A stretch of 58,008 nt of DNA from a virus (Duplodnaviria > Caudoviricetes), in IMG/VR virus record IMGVR_UViG_3300020432_000001, positions 1 to 58,008 of that record; one strand, given 5' to 3'. The notes beneath the pieces were generated by a model. The model did not search any database. It worked only from the letters and a program-made list of their open reading frames with translations, and was not told where the DNA came from. The position numbers and the translations under genes are program-made. Shown piece after piece: positions 44,675 to 55,101 of this stretch. Numbering within the stretch: the stretch's first letter is position 1; the number at the start of each line of letters is the position of its first letter.

Positions 44675-46432
44675 ATGTCATATGTAGGTAATCCTCTAGC
44701 AACTGCTTTTGCACCTAGAGTAAAACAAGATCTTACAGGTCAGAGTGGAAATAGCTTTACCTTAAGCCATGCAGTATCTAGTCCAAATGATTTATCAGTT
44801 TATATAAACCATGTACGTCAGGAACCAACAACAGCTTATACAGTTGATTATACTACACTTTCAACTACAGGTACAGTTGCTAGCACAGATGATTTTTATA
44901 TTATATTTGATGAATTAGCTTTACAAAGTATTGCACATGATGAATTCACAGCACTGAAAGCTACGAGTGGAACTTTTACTGGTGCAATAACTACAACTCA
45001 ATTAGCATCTAGTGGTCCTGTATCAGGAACTACTTTATCAGCAAGTAGCACAACAACTTTAAGTGATGACGTAACTTTTACTGGTGCTAATTACAATGTC
45101 GTATGGGATAAGTCTGATAATGCGTTAGAGTTTGCAGATAATGCTAAAGCTACATTTGGTGCAGATGGTGATTTACAAATATATCATGATGGTAATCATA
45201 GTTATATTAGTGATCAAGGCACTGGTGGAATAACAATTCTTAATGATAGTTGGATGTATATTAAAAGTGCTGATGCTTCTGAAATAAAAGCAATCTTTAA
45301 AACTAATGATAGTGTAGACCTTTATTATAATAATAATAAAAAGTTTGAAACAACAAGTGCTGGTGCAACTGTAACTGGTGACTTAACAGTTAGTGGTGGA
45401 TTAATTCCTGGTAGTATTAATGCAACAACAGTAGCCAATATTTCTATGAACTCTCAAGCAAGTTATTTAGGAAATTATAGAGCAATAGGTTGGGGTGGAA
45501 CAGCTAATGGAACTACACACATATATTCACAAATAAACACAACTGACCATTTAGTTCTTCATGCTGGAACTGGTAAAGGTATTATATTTGAAACTGGTGG
45601 TTCAACTGCTGATAGAATGACATTAGATTCTGATGGTAATTTAGGATTAGGAGTTACTCCTTATGGACATCATGCTAATTGGAGTCATATGGATCTTGGT
45701 GCTAGATGTGGCATAGGGCATTATAATGCTGGTGATAGTGTATTTTCACATAATAATTATTTTGATGGTCAGTGGAAAGCTAAGACAACAGGAATTTGTA
45801 CTCAATTAAACTTTACTGCTGCTGGTCAAGCATTATTTAGATATGCTGACAGCACTAGTGCAAATGGTGTTATTAGTTGGCAAAATACTTTAGAAATAAA
45901 TACTGATGGTACTGTAAAAATTGGTGTTAAAGATACAAACCCAAATAATGCTTGGGCATTAAGATGTTTTAATACTCATGGAACTCATGCAACTATAGAA
46001 GGTTGGAATGATAATAGTGGTGGTAAAAACTTAAATCTATTTAGATATGATGATGCTTCAATATTCCAAGTAAGTAATGGTGGAGCAGTATGGGCTGCTG
46101 GTGGTTATACTTCTGATAAAGCATTTAAAAATATAATAGGTGATTGTACTGAAGGTTGGAGTAAACTTAAAGACGTTCAACCTAAATCTTACAGATATAA
46201 AAATATTCATTATGAAGAAAAAGATGGTGAAGAAGTTGAAGTATTTGGTGATGATGATTTAGATAGCAATATTCATTATGGTGTTATAGCTCAAGATTTA
46301 AAAAAGGTTTTACCTGATATTACTTATGGTGAAGAAGGTAAAATGTCAGTAGATTATCATGGTTTACTTATGGTTGCTATTAATACTATTAAAGAACTAG
46401 AAGCAAGAATAACAGTATTGGAGAATAAATAA
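44675..46432 (+). CDS. Tail fibre/spike with a C-terminal intramolecular chaperone (peptidase S74-like)
   Basis: TSDKAFKN..PKSYRY..GVIAQDL..SVDY..IKELEARI..LE. Confidence 0.8.
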   Translation: MSYVGNPLATAFAPRVKQDLTGQSGNSFTLSHAVSSPNDLSVYINHVRQEPTTAYTVDYTTLSTTGTVASTDDFYIIFDELALQSIAHDEFTALKATSGTFTGAITTTQLASSGPVSGTTLSASSTTTLSDDVTFTGANYNVVWDKSDNALEFADNAKATFGADGDLQIYHDGNHSYISDQGTGGITILNDSWMYIKSADASEIKAIFKTNDSVDLYYNNNKKFETTSAGATVTGDLTVSGGLIPGSINATTVANISMNSQASYLGNYRAIGWGGTANGTTHIYSQINTTDHLVLHAGTGKGIIFETGGSTADRMTLDSDGNLGLGVTPYGHHANWSHMDLGARCGIGHYNAGDSVFSHNNYFDGQWKAKTTGICTQLNFTAAGQALFRYADSTSANGVISWQNTLEINTDGTVKIGVKDTNPNNAWALRCFNTHGTHATIEGWNDNSGGKNLNLFRYDDASIFQVSNGGAVWAAGGYTSDKAFKNIIGDCTEGWSKLKDVQPKSYRYKNIHYEEKDGEEVEVFGDDDLDSNIHYGVIAQDLKKVLPDITYGEEGKMSVDYHGLLMVAINTIKELEARITVLENK

Positions 46433-47073
46433 TGGCATTATCAAAAATAATAACTGCAAGTTTAAATGATGACGCAGTTACAAATGCAAAAGTTGGAGAT
46501 GATGTAGCTGTTGGTAAACTTATTACTAAAATTACAGCAAGTAATGATGCAACTGTTTCGTTTGGTAGTAGTTCAATAACTGATGATTTTGATATTTATG
46601 ATGTAGTAATTGATCAATTAAAACCAGCAACTGATAGCACAATGTTGGAAGTTAGAATGGGAGTTGAAGGTACAACTGGTGTAGATACTGGAATGAGTTA
46701 TAATTACTTTTTAAAACAAAAATATATGACACATAGTGGTTCTCTTTTTGGTGCGTTATTTTATGATGTTGTAGATGACAGTATTCGTTTAAATAGTGGC
46801 AATAATTCAAATACTAGATTAGGCAATGCTTCCACTGATTACTTTAATGGTCATTATCGTTTTCACAATTTAAGAAGTACAACCTCAGTAAAAGCTATAA
46901 CAAATATAGACCAATTTATGAGAAGTGCTACAAATGCTTATGTTACTTATGGTTTAGAGATGTTTCAAGCTGGTTTTGAAAATTCTTCAGCCAAAGTTGA
47001 TGAAATACAATTCTTTATGAGTAGTGGCAATATAACATCTGGAACAATATCACTATATGGGATTAAATTATAA
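46432..47073 (+). CDS. Tail-associated protein
   Basis: 213 aa ending in FMSSGNITSGTISLYGIK. Confidence 0.7.
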   Translation: MALSKIITASLNDDAVTNAKVGDDVAVGKLITKITASNDATVSFGSSSITDDFDIYDVVIDQLKPATDSTMLEVRMGVEGTTGVDTGMSYNYFLKQKYMTHSGSLFGALFYDVVDDSIRLNSGNNSNTRLGNASTDYFNGHYRFHNLRSTTSVKAITNIDQFMRSATNAYVTYGLEMFQAGFENSSAKVDEIQFFMSSGNITSGTISLYGIKL

Positions 47074-47366
47074 TGAGCGAAGTTTTATATAAAAATGTAG
47101 ATGGCATTAGAACAAAATTAACTGATGCAGAAATTGAACAAAGAAAAAAAGATGAGCAACAAGCAATAGATGATGCTCCAAAATATAAACTTATGGAAAT
47201 ACGAAGTAACAGAGAACCACTGTTATTAGAAGCTGACCATAAAATAAATACACTATTGGATAATGGTGGCGATACAACTGCATGGCGAAAGTATAGACAA
47301 GAGCTTAGAGATATTACTAAGGCTTCTGATTTAAATAATATAACATGGCCAACTAAACCAGAATAA
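47073..47366 (+). CDS. Tail fibre assembly chaperone
   Basis: IRSNREPLLLEAD..WRKYRQELRDIT..ITWPTKPE. Confidence 0.8.
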   Translation: MSEVLYKNVDGIRTKLTDAEIEQRKKDEQQAIDDAPKYKLMEIRSNREPLLLEADHKINTLLDNGGDTTAWRKYRQELRDITKASDLNNITWPTKPE

Positions 47367-47596
47367 TGAAACTTTCAACGGAGACTAAAATGTCACAAGA
47401 ACAAAAATTAGAGATTGCTTTAGCTAGACTAGAAGAAAGAGTTGAAGCTATGCAAGAAGACATGAAAGAAATGCGGGATAGTGTTAAAGATTTAAAAGCT
47501 ACTGCTAACCGTTGGAGAGGCGCCTTCTGGTTAATGATGGGATTAGGAGGTTCAATAGGAGTACTAAGTAATTTAGCTTCAGGCTGGATGAAGTAA
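47366..47596 (+). CDS. Coiled-coil plus single-TM protein (possible holin/antiholin)
   Basis: LARLEERV heptads followed by a RWRGAFWLMMGLGG TM segment. Confidence 0.6.
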   Translation: MKLSTETKMSQEQKLEIALARLEERVEAMQEDMKEMRDSVKDLKATANRWRGAFWLMMGLGGSIGVLSNLASGWMK

Positions 47597-47785
47597 TGTT
47601 ATGGGTGCTAATTGTATTCTTAGCAAGTAAAGAACAAGAGCCCGTATATTTTAATAACTTAGACACTTGTTTAGAATATTCTAGGAAAGTTGCACAACAA
47701 AATCACAATCAAAGAATAGCAGGGGACAAAATATATGTGAAAGCATACTGTATACCGAGGAAGAAAGACTAGAGAGGTATAATAT

Positions 47786-48262
47786 ATGGATCCTGTAACA
47801 GCTCTCGCAACGGCCTCAACCGCCTTTGCGTTAATTAAGAAGGGCTTCCAAATGGGAAAAGATGTCGAGTCAATGTACGGCGACATAGGACGATGGATGG
47901 GTGCAGTCTCTGATGTAAATCAATCAGCTAAGATGGCAAGTAATCCACCGGTATTTAAAAAATTATTTGCAGGTAGTAGTGTGGAACAAGAAGCTATGGA
48001 TGCTTTTGCTGCTAAAAAGAAAGCAGAAGCTATGGAAGAAGAATTACGTAATTGGATTAATTTAACACATGGTCCAAGTGCATGGCAAGATCTTTTAAAG
48101 ATGCAAGTTAAAATACGGAAGCAAAGACAAGAAACCTTATATAAACAAGCTGAGCTGCGTAGAAACCTTCTTCAAGTAGTAGGAATCGTTTTACTTGCAA
48201 TCGTATTTGTAGGGTCTATCGTAGGGACTTTATGGATGCTAGTTCAGCGAGAGATACTTTGA
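47786..48262 (+). CDS. Hypothetical protein with a C-terminal TM helix
   Basis: MDPVTALATA..AFALIKKG N-terminus; GAGG SD. Confidence 0.7.
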   Translation: MDPVTALATASTAFALIKKGFQMGKDVESMYGDIGRWMGAVSDVNQSAKMASNPPVFKKLFAGSSVEQEAMDAFAAKKKAEAMEEELRNWINLTHGPSAWQDLLKMQVKIRKQRQETLYKQAELRRNLLQVVGIVLLAIVFVGSIVGTLWMLVQREIL

Positions 48263-48482
48263 AATATGCACATAAACAATATAAATTAGAAATAAATAAA
48301 GATCGAGGAAAATTTTATAATAATAATAAATTAATATTCCATGGATTTGCGTTTAAAGCATTGATGATGTTTATAGATAATTGTGATGATGATAATGTAA
48401 GATGGAAGTTTCAACCACAATTAACTATGAGAGAGCAATGTAAATTTAAAGAGAGGAGGAAAGATGACAAGGAGAAAACTTT

Positions 48483-48902
48483 ATGAGGTATTTAATACTG
48501 CCTATATTATTATTAGCGGGTTGCCGAACAGATTTTTCGGATATTGTTACGGGTGCTGGCGCTTCTGGCGCTGCGGCTGTTGCAAGTCTGATGACGTCAA
48601 GTCCTGCAATAGTTGCAGGTGTGACTGCGGGTGGTGCCCTGGCTGGAAGCATAGCAGTGGATGATGCGCCTATAACTGCTGCCGACTATGGTGGTGAAGA
48701 TGGACAGATAAATTCTTTTTATGAGCTAATGTCTTTCGCTATTGCAAACTTTATGCAACACATGATTGGTATTGCAGTTGTTGTTGGAGTACTATGGATA
48801 TTAGCAGGTTACTTAGGTGCCAGAAAGAAGCGTCCAGAAGAGAAAGCATTAGAAGCTCAAATAAATGTATTAGTTGATAAAATTGGTAAAATGAAAGACT
48901 AA
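48483..48902 (+). CDS. Lipoprotein with a C-terminal TM helix (unimolecular-spanin-like topology)
   Basis: LLLAGC lipobox; TM MIGIAVVVGVLWILAGYLG followed by ARKKR. Spanin role is inferred from topology only. Confidence 0.5.
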   Translation: MRYLILPILLLAGCRTDFSDIVTGAGASGAAAVASLMTSSPAIVAGVTAGGALAGSIAVDDAPITAADYGGEDGQINSFYELMSFAIANFMQHMIGIAVVVGVLWILAGYLGARKKRPEEKALEAQINVLVDKIGKMKD

Positions 48903-48918
48903 TTAAATGTCCCCTATA
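48902..48918 (+). promoter_or_regulatory. T7-like promoter (nrdJ and downstream tail/ejection genes)
   Basis: attaaatgtcccctata|aca. Confidence 0.7.
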
Positions 48919-48944
48919 ACATCGTAATTTTAGGGGGTGCAATA

Positions 48945-50714
48945 ATGCATAATACAGAATATTTAGGACCAGAATCATCTATATCAAAAGAAATAGATGA
49001 AATGAAATATAGACAAAAAGACGAAAGCTTTGATGAAAAAATTAAAAGAATATCAAGAACTTTATCAGATGATGATGAACATCGATATAAGCTAGAAGAT
49101 ATATTAGGCAATATGAGATTCTTACCAGCAGGTAGAGTACAAGCTGCTATAGGATCTAATAGAATTACAACTGCATATAACTGTTTCGTGTCAGGAGTAA
49201 TCGAGGATAACATGAACAGTATAATGGAGAAGGCCAGTGAAGCTGCTGAGACAATGCGTAGAGGGGGTGGGATTGGTTATGACTTTAGTCGCATCCGACC
49301 AAGAGGTGACAAAATTAAATCGCTCGATAGCCAGGCTAGCGGCCCTGTTTCCTTCATGGGTATCTTTGATGCTGTGTGTCAAACCATCGCTAGTTCAGGA
49401 CACAGACGTGGGGCGCAGATGGGTGTCCTCAGAGTCGACCATCCGGATATTGAAGAATTCATTATGGCTAAACGTAATTCTGATAAGCTTACTGGTTTTA
49501 ATATTAGTGTTGGTATAACTGATAAATTTATGGAGGCATTGACTAATGATTTGGATAGCAGCTTTACGTTGGAATTCCAGGGAAAGCCATACAGAACAAT
49601 ATGCGCAAGAGACCTTTGGGATAAAATCATGGATAGCACTTGGGACTGGGCTGAGCCTGGTGTTTTATTTATTGATCGCATAGGTGAAATGAATAACCTT
49701 TATTACTGTGAAGATATATTTGCTACAAATCCGTGTGGTGAACAACCACTACCACCGTATGGCGCGTGCTTACTAGGTTCATTTAATTTAACAAAATATT
49801 TAGATGAAGAACAAATTGCAGGTGGTGAAGTAGCTGAATCACATTTTGAATTTGATTTCAAAAGATTTAAATCAGATATATACGAAGTAGTAAGAGCTAT
49901 GGATAATGTTATTGATAGAACTATTTATCCATTAAAGAAACAAGCTGACGAAGCTAAAGATAAAAGAAGAATGGGTTTAGGTGTTACTGGTTTAGCAAAT
50001 GCTGGTGAATTACTTGGTAAGCCCTATGCTTCTGAAGATTTTATGACATGGGCTGAAAAAGTATTTGCATGTTTACGTGATACTACATATAAAGCATCTG
50101 CATTATTAGCAAAAGAAAAAGGTGCATTCCCATTATATAGAGAAGATTATTTAAAATCAAACTTTGTTCGAGGATTACCAGCTTCAGTTAAAAAATTAAT
50201 AAGAGAACATGGAATTCGTAATAGCCACTTAACTTCAATAGCACCAACAGGTACTATTAGTTTAGTTGCTGATAATGTTAGCGGAGGTATTGAACCTGTA
50301 TTTAGTCATTACTATGATAGAACTATACAAACTTTTGAAGGGCCTAAGACAGAGAGAGTAAAAGATTATGCTTACAATAAAGGAATCGAGGGACGTGGAG
50401 CTAATGATATAAATGTTAATGAGCATTTGGCTGTACTATTATTGGCACAAAACTATATAGATAGTGCGTGTTCAAAAACCTGTAATGTAGGTGATGAAGT
50501 TACATATGAAGATTTCAAACAAGTTTATGTTGATGCCTGGAAAGGCGGGGCGAAAGGATGTACCACGTTTAGACTTAGTGGTAAACGATTCGGAGTCCTT
50601 CAAACCGTGGAAGAAAAAGAGAAGAACACAAATGCGATTAAGACAGTTGAGGAAGAGGAGCAAGTTGAGGCTTGTTTTATAGATCCTCAAACTGGTCAAA
50701 AGGAATGTGCTTAA
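48945..50714 (+). CDS. nrdJ: Ribonucleotide reductase, probably class II (B12-dependent)
   Basis: FLPAGR, YNCFV, RRGAQM, TNPCGEQPL and IAPTGTIS motifs plus a C-terminal Cys pair. No small-subunit gene in the complete genome. Confidence 0.88.
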   Translation: MHNTEYLGPESSISKEIDEMKYRQKDESFDEKIKRISRTLSDDDEHRYKLEDILGNMRFLPAGRVQAAIGSNRITTAYNCFVSGVIEDNMNSIMEKASEAAETMRRGGGIGYDFSRIRPRGDKIKSLDSQASGPVSFMGIFDAVCQTIASSGHRRGAQMGVLRVDHPDIEEFIMAKRNSDKLTGFNISVGITDKFMEALTNDLDSSFTLEFQGKPYRTICARDLWDKIMDSTWDWAEPGVLFIDRIGEMNNLYYCEDIFATNPCGEQPLPPYGACLLGSFNLTKYLDEEQIAGGEVAESHFEFDFKRFKSDIYEVVRAMDNVIDRTIYPLKKQADEAKDKRRMGLGVTGLANAGELLGKPYASEDFMTWAEKVFACLRDTTYKASALLAKEKGAFPLYREDYLKSNFVRGLPASVKKLIREHGIRNSHLTSIAPTGTISLVADNVSGGIEPVFSHYYDRTIQTFEGPKTERVKDYAYNKGIEGRGANDINVNEHLAVLLLAQNYIDSACSKTCNVGDEVTYEDFKQVYVDAWKGGAKGCTTFRLSGKRFGVLQTVEEKEKNTNAIKTVEEEEQVEACFIDPQTGQKECA

Positions 50715-50724
50715 GGAGAATTAA

Positions 50725-52884
50725 ATGGCTGAAAAAGTTATATCAATAGATAATCTTACTCAGATAGGAGTTGTTAAAGATACTCCTACTGTAGGATTAG
50801 CACCAAATACTTTTACAGATTTAAGAAACGTTAGACTTAGAGATAACGCAGTATTTAAAATAAAAGGTGAAACAGATATAGCTAATGGTAATTTAAATCC
50901 AACGTTTACTGTTGAAAATGGTTCCAGTACAAAAGGCTTAATTAAGTTTGTAACTCATTGGGCAAACCCTAATAAAGATTATTATGTATATGTAATACAA
51001 GCAATTAATAGTAATGATAATACCACTTATAATAGAGTTATTGTTAGAGATCCTCTTACAAATACAGATGTAGATGTTACACCAGAAATTGGTGCTAGTA
51101 ATAGAGGTTTTTCAGATACAGGATATTGGCAATCAACTAATTTTGCAGGTGGTTTTTGTTTAATATTAAATAATGGAGTAGATGAACCTCATTATATTTT
51201 AGATACTGCTAACAATACTTCAGGTATTAATTCATTAATGACATTAGCTAAATTACCTGGTTGGGATTCATATAACGCAGCACAAAAAGTGTTAGAGGTT
51301 ACGTATAAAGATAAGTATGGTACAACTGCGGAAACAATTGTAAAAGATGCAGGGCTATTTGATTTAGGCGTACTTGTAGATTTTTCAACTTCTGTATTAC
51401 ATGTAAGTAAACAAACTCCAGGAGAAACAAGTACTGAAGTAGGATTAGTTACTGCAATAGGAGCTACTGGTAGTGGTACACTTGGTGCTGAAGATTTTGT
51501 ACCTGGAGCTTTACCTGACCCAGTACCAGCTAGACCTGAAGGTAGTGCTACTACATTTAGCTATTGTGTATATAATTCGAAAGCAGGTGGTAAAGGAACT
51601 ACACTAATTAATTTATCAAGAAAAACAGGTAGTAGTGCTCCATTTAACGAAGTATTTAAACCAGGAGATGTAATAACTGTAAATGTTGTTTCTAGAAATC
51701 CTGTTAAAACAACTTGTGGTGTTATAAGAAGTTTTAATAATATATTAATAGCTGGTAATTTAAAAGAACAAAATACTGTTTCAAATACTAATGTAATAAG
51801 AAAACTTACTGGAGTTGTAAGAACATCTGATGTTGCTGCACCTGGAGGCTTACCACAAAACTGGAATCCATTTGCTGGTGGCGCAAATACTGCAGATGAA
51901 TTTACTTTATCAGATACTTCTGTGATACAAGATCTTGTTCCTTTATCAGGTAACATGTATATATACACAACTGATTCTATTCATGCTGCTAGGTTGACAG
52001 GAAATCCACTAGCACCTGTTTCTTTTTCTCCTATAACAACACAATATGGTTGTCAAACCACTGACGGTGTTTTAGAGTTTGATGGCAGACATTTAGTTGT
52101 TGGTAGTAATGATATATACTTATTTTCAGGAAATCCTGGTAATATTCAATCAGTATCTGATATGAGAGTAAGAGATTACTTTTATAAAAATTATAATGCT
52201 GCTTCGATTAATTCGTTATTTATATTAAGAAATCAAGCAAATGAAGAAATATGGATTAACTATCCTAAAGGAAGTAACACTAAATGTACTGAAGCATTAA
52301 TATATAATTATAAATTAAATAACTGGACTATACGAGATTTAAATAATGTAGTCTCAGGTGTTGTTGCTCCTGTTAAAGGTAACTCAGATGATGATAGACC
52401 TTGGGCTTCTGGTGTATTAAGTCAAAGTAAACTATTTCCAGTATTTGCACAAGCTATAGCTAATAATAATAATAGAATAATAGCTGCTGATATTGGTTAT
52501 CAATTTCAAATTAACGGTAGTGCAGCTAACTATACATCGCATATTGAAAGGTTATCTTTATCAGTAACTCCTGAATTTTATACTGAGCAATTTAATAATA
52601 TTGCTTTATTAACTCAACAAGAGTCTAGTGATAATACAAATAATAATACTAGTACTTTAAAAATTAAAACTGAAGTAAGTAATTATCCTTCTGATCAACC
52701 AAATTTAAATAGTGGTGCAAGTACAATACTTGAATCTTCTTTTAAAATATTCGGATCTTATAAATCTGATTTAAGAAGACAAGGAAGATTTTTACATTAT
52801 AGAATAGATGATTCAAATAATACAAATAAAAAGTGGAGTATATCAGGAATTCAATTAGCAGTACAGGATGGAGGAACTAGATAG
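50725..52884 (+). CDS. Tail nozzle / packaged-DNA stabilisation protein (tubular B / P22 gp10-like)
   Basis: 719 aa, beta-rich; EEIWINYP..ALIYNYKLNNWTIRD and RRQGRFLHYRI motifs. Confidence 0.7.
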   Translation: MAEKVISIDNLTQIGVVKDTPTVGLAPNTFTDLRNVRLRDNAVFKIKGETDIANGNLNPTFTVENGSSTKGLIKFVTHWANPNKDYYVYVIQAINSNDNTTYNRVIVRDPLTNTDVDVTPEIGASNRGFSDTGYWQSTNFAGGFCLILNNGVDEPHYILDTANNTSGINSLMTLAKLPGWDSYNAAQKVLEVTYKDKYGTTAETIVKDAGLFDLGVLVDFSTSVLHVSKQTPGETSTEVGLVTAIGATGSGTLGAEDFVPGALPDPVPARPEGSATTFSYCVYNSKAGGKGTTLINLSRKTGSSAPFNEVFKPGDVITVNVVSRNPVKTTCGVIRSFNNILIAGNLKEQNTVSNTNVIRKLTGVVRTSDVAAPGGLPQNWNPFAGGANTADEFTLSDTSVIQDLVPLSGNMYIYTTDSIHAARLTGNPLAPVSFSPITTQYGCQTTDGVLEFDGRHLVVGSNDIYLFSGNPGNIQSVSDMRVRDYFYKNYNAASINSLFILRNQANEEIWINYPKGSNTKCTEALIYNYKLNNWTIRDLNNVVSGVVAPVKGNSDDDRPWASGVLSQSKLFPVFAQAIANNNNRIIAADIGYQFQINGSAANYTSHIERLSLSVTPEFYTEQFNNIALLTQQESSDNTNNNTSTLKIKTEVSNYPSDQPNLNSGASTILESSFKIFGSYKSDLRRQGRFLHYRIDDSNNTNKKWSISGIQLAVQDGGTR

Positions 52885-54431
52885 TGACTATTATTGAACC
52901 TTCTCAAAATCCAAATAAAACAGATGCTGATGCAGCTTGGGAAAAAGAAACAACTAATGCTATTAATGCTTTGCAAAATCAAATACAAAATCTAGGTTCT
53001 GGTGTAGTATCTGGTAATAATAGAATATTAGTTTATGCTACAGATGCAGCTGGTAGTGATATGAGTTATGAACAAAAATCTTTATCAGGATTTTCAGCTG
53101 TATTAAGTTATGCAGGAGACTTACCTACACTTCCTATATCTGGTCTTGTATTTTCACCGTTTTCAGATACTGAAGTTAATACAACTATTAAACAATATAT
53201 TAGAACAACAACAGTACAAACAAGTGCTCCACCAGCTGTAGGTACTTATAATACTAGAACTGGTGAATGGAGTAAATCTGTTGGTTGGCAGAAAACAATA
53301 CCACAAGCAGATAATGTACCAACATGGGTATGCCATGCAGTAATTTCAGGTTCTGGTAATGTTGCTATAAACTGGACTAACCCAACTTTATTTTATTCTA
53401 ATAATAGAGCTACTGGTGTAGTATATTATACTGAGCCTCAAGCAGCTACTCCATCTAAACCTACTGCTACAGACTTTAGCTTTACTACATTTGTTATGAC
53501 TTTTGGTAATATGGAAAGTGGTGCTGCTAACAAATGGCAACAGCAACCATTTTCTTATGATGTTACAGACACATTAAAGAAACAATATACTTGTGAATAC
53601 ATAGCTGAAAAACATCCAGGCTCAAATACTGCGACTGTAACGTTTAGTAGTCCAAGAGGTTATGTAGGTATTGCAGATGATTTAGAATCTAATAACTATC
53701 AAGCAGGCCAGGATGGATGGAAAATTAAAAGAGATAATGGTTTTGCAGAGTTTGGCAGTGCTGCTATTAGGGGTACTTTATCAATAGGACAAATACCTGC
53801 TGCAGCTCAAAATAGTAATGTTACTGCTGGTAGTATTGGTGCTGTAACTCCTGGTGAATTAAGTGCTAGTGGTCCAAGTGGTACTGTTATTAACGGTGAT
53901 AGAATAACTACCGGTACTTTAAGCGTAGATAGACTTGCTAATAACTCTATTGGTATGACTCAAATTGCTACGACGTTACAATCAAGTAACTATAATACAG
54001 CTAATCAAACTGGTTGGCAAATAAAACAAAATGGTGATTCAAGATTTTATGGGACTGTTATATCACGGCAAGTATTAGCAGCTTCAGGATCTTACCCTAT
54101 TCCATTAACACATACTACTGTTTTAGGTGCTTATTACCATTTATATACTTATTATGTTCCTGTTCCTGGCTTAGCCACCACTGCTTGGTTAAATACAAGT
54201 AAAACTTATGTAGCAGTTTCAGGTATTACAGGTGCTGCTGTAGGAGGAAACAACGCTCATATTCCTAATGTTGATTGGGGATGGCAAACTAATATAATAC
54301 TTAACACTACTTGGGGTGGAGGATCAGGCATTACTGCGTTTACTGGTCTATTATTAGAAGTTAAGTTTTATGGTAGAGGTGTATCTTATGTACAAGGTAC
54401 ACTTCAATGGAAAGTATTTGAGGTAACATAA
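52884..54431 (+). CDS. Tail protein with two lambda-J-like C-terminal repeats
   Basis: LESNNYQAGQDGWKIKRDNGFAEF and LQSSNYNTANQTGWQIKQNGDSRF. Confidence 0.6.
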   Translation: MTIIEPSQNPNKTDADAAWEKETTNAINALQNQIQNLGSGVVSGNNRILVYATDAAGSDMSYEQKSLSGFSAVLSYAGDLPTLPISGLVFSPFSDTEVNTTIKQYIRTTTVQTSAPPAVGTYNTRTGEWSKSVGWQKTIPQADNVPTWVCHAVISGSGNVAINWTNPTLFYSNNRATGVVYYTEPQAATPSKPTATDFSFTTFVMTFGNMESGAANKWQQQPFSYDVTDTLKKQYTCEYIAEKHPGSNTATVTFSSPRGYVGIADDLESNNYQAGQDGWKIKRDNGFAEFGSAAIRGTLSIGQIPAAAQNSNVTAGSIGAVTPGELSASGPSGTVINGDRITTGTLSVDRLANNSIGMTQIATTLQSSNYNTANQTGWQIKQNGDSRFYGTVISRQVLAASGSYPIPLTHTTVLGAYYHLYTYYVPVPGLATTAWLNTSKTYVAVSGITGAAVGGNNAHIPNVDWGWQTNIILNTTWGGGSGITAFTGLLLEVKFYGRGVSYVQGTLQWKVFEVT

Positions 54432-54628
54432 TGGATTATAAAAAAGGACAAGTAATAAGTGCAATACATAATGAGCCTAGTCTTCTTTATGATAAAGATG
54501 CTATTACTATACACACTGTTGGTGATATAACTGAAGAAAATACAGAAATATTAATTAAAACTTATCAAACTTCTGATAGTGATTATGAAGAAGGTGTTAA
54601 AATTTATAAGGAATTTCATAAATTATGA
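54431..54628 (+). CDS. Hypothetical protein
   Basis: 65 aa, coupled on both sides. Confidence 0.6.
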   Translation: MDYKKGQVISAIHNEPSLLYDKDAITIHTVGDITEENTEILIKTYQTSDSDYEEGVKIYKEFHKL

Positions 54629-55098
54629 TTAGATTAATAGAGGATAACGATACATTAGACGCTATACGTTTAATGAAAGAGTATGTTACAATTAACGGTG
54701 AGTTTCATGGTTTTGAATATAATGAAGCTGTATGGATGAGATACTTTTTAGATATAGTTGAATATCAAAAAACAAATCCGCATTACTTAGCAATAGGTTA
54801 TTACACTGAACATAACATACAAGGATTTTTAACAGCACAATCATATAATAATTACTATAATAATAAATATATAATGGATGTTAAAGATTGTATTGTAAAT
54901 TTAGAAAACAAAAATAATGCTTATGTAGTATATAAATTATTTGATGCTATGATAGAGCATACTAAAAAACATGGTGGTAAACACTGGAGGGCAGACTCAG
55001 TGAGAGGGGAAAGTGATTCATTGAGATATGGAAAACTATTAGCAAAAAGATATAATGCTAAATTAAGTACTTCGATAAGAGGTATCATAGGAGAATAA
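54625..55098 (+). CDS. GNAT-fold-like protein preceding the ejection genes
   Basis: MIRLIEDND..QGFL..KLFDAMIEHTKKHGGK GNAT-like pattern; its position is typical of podoviruses. Confidence 0.5.
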   Translation: MIRLIEDNDTLDAIRLMKEYVTINGEFHGFEYNEAVWMRYFLDIVEYQKTNPHYLAIGYYTEHNIQGFLTAQSYNNYYNNKYIMDVKDCIVNLENKNNAYVVYKLFDAMIEHTKKHGGKHWRADSVRGESDSLRYGKLLAKRYNAKLSTSIRGIIGE

Positions 55099-55101
55099 AT
55101 T

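Noticed and set aside
38289-47073. Diversity-generating retroelement acting on tail fibres
   Set aside because: No reverse transcriptase gene, and the repeats do not differ only at adenines.
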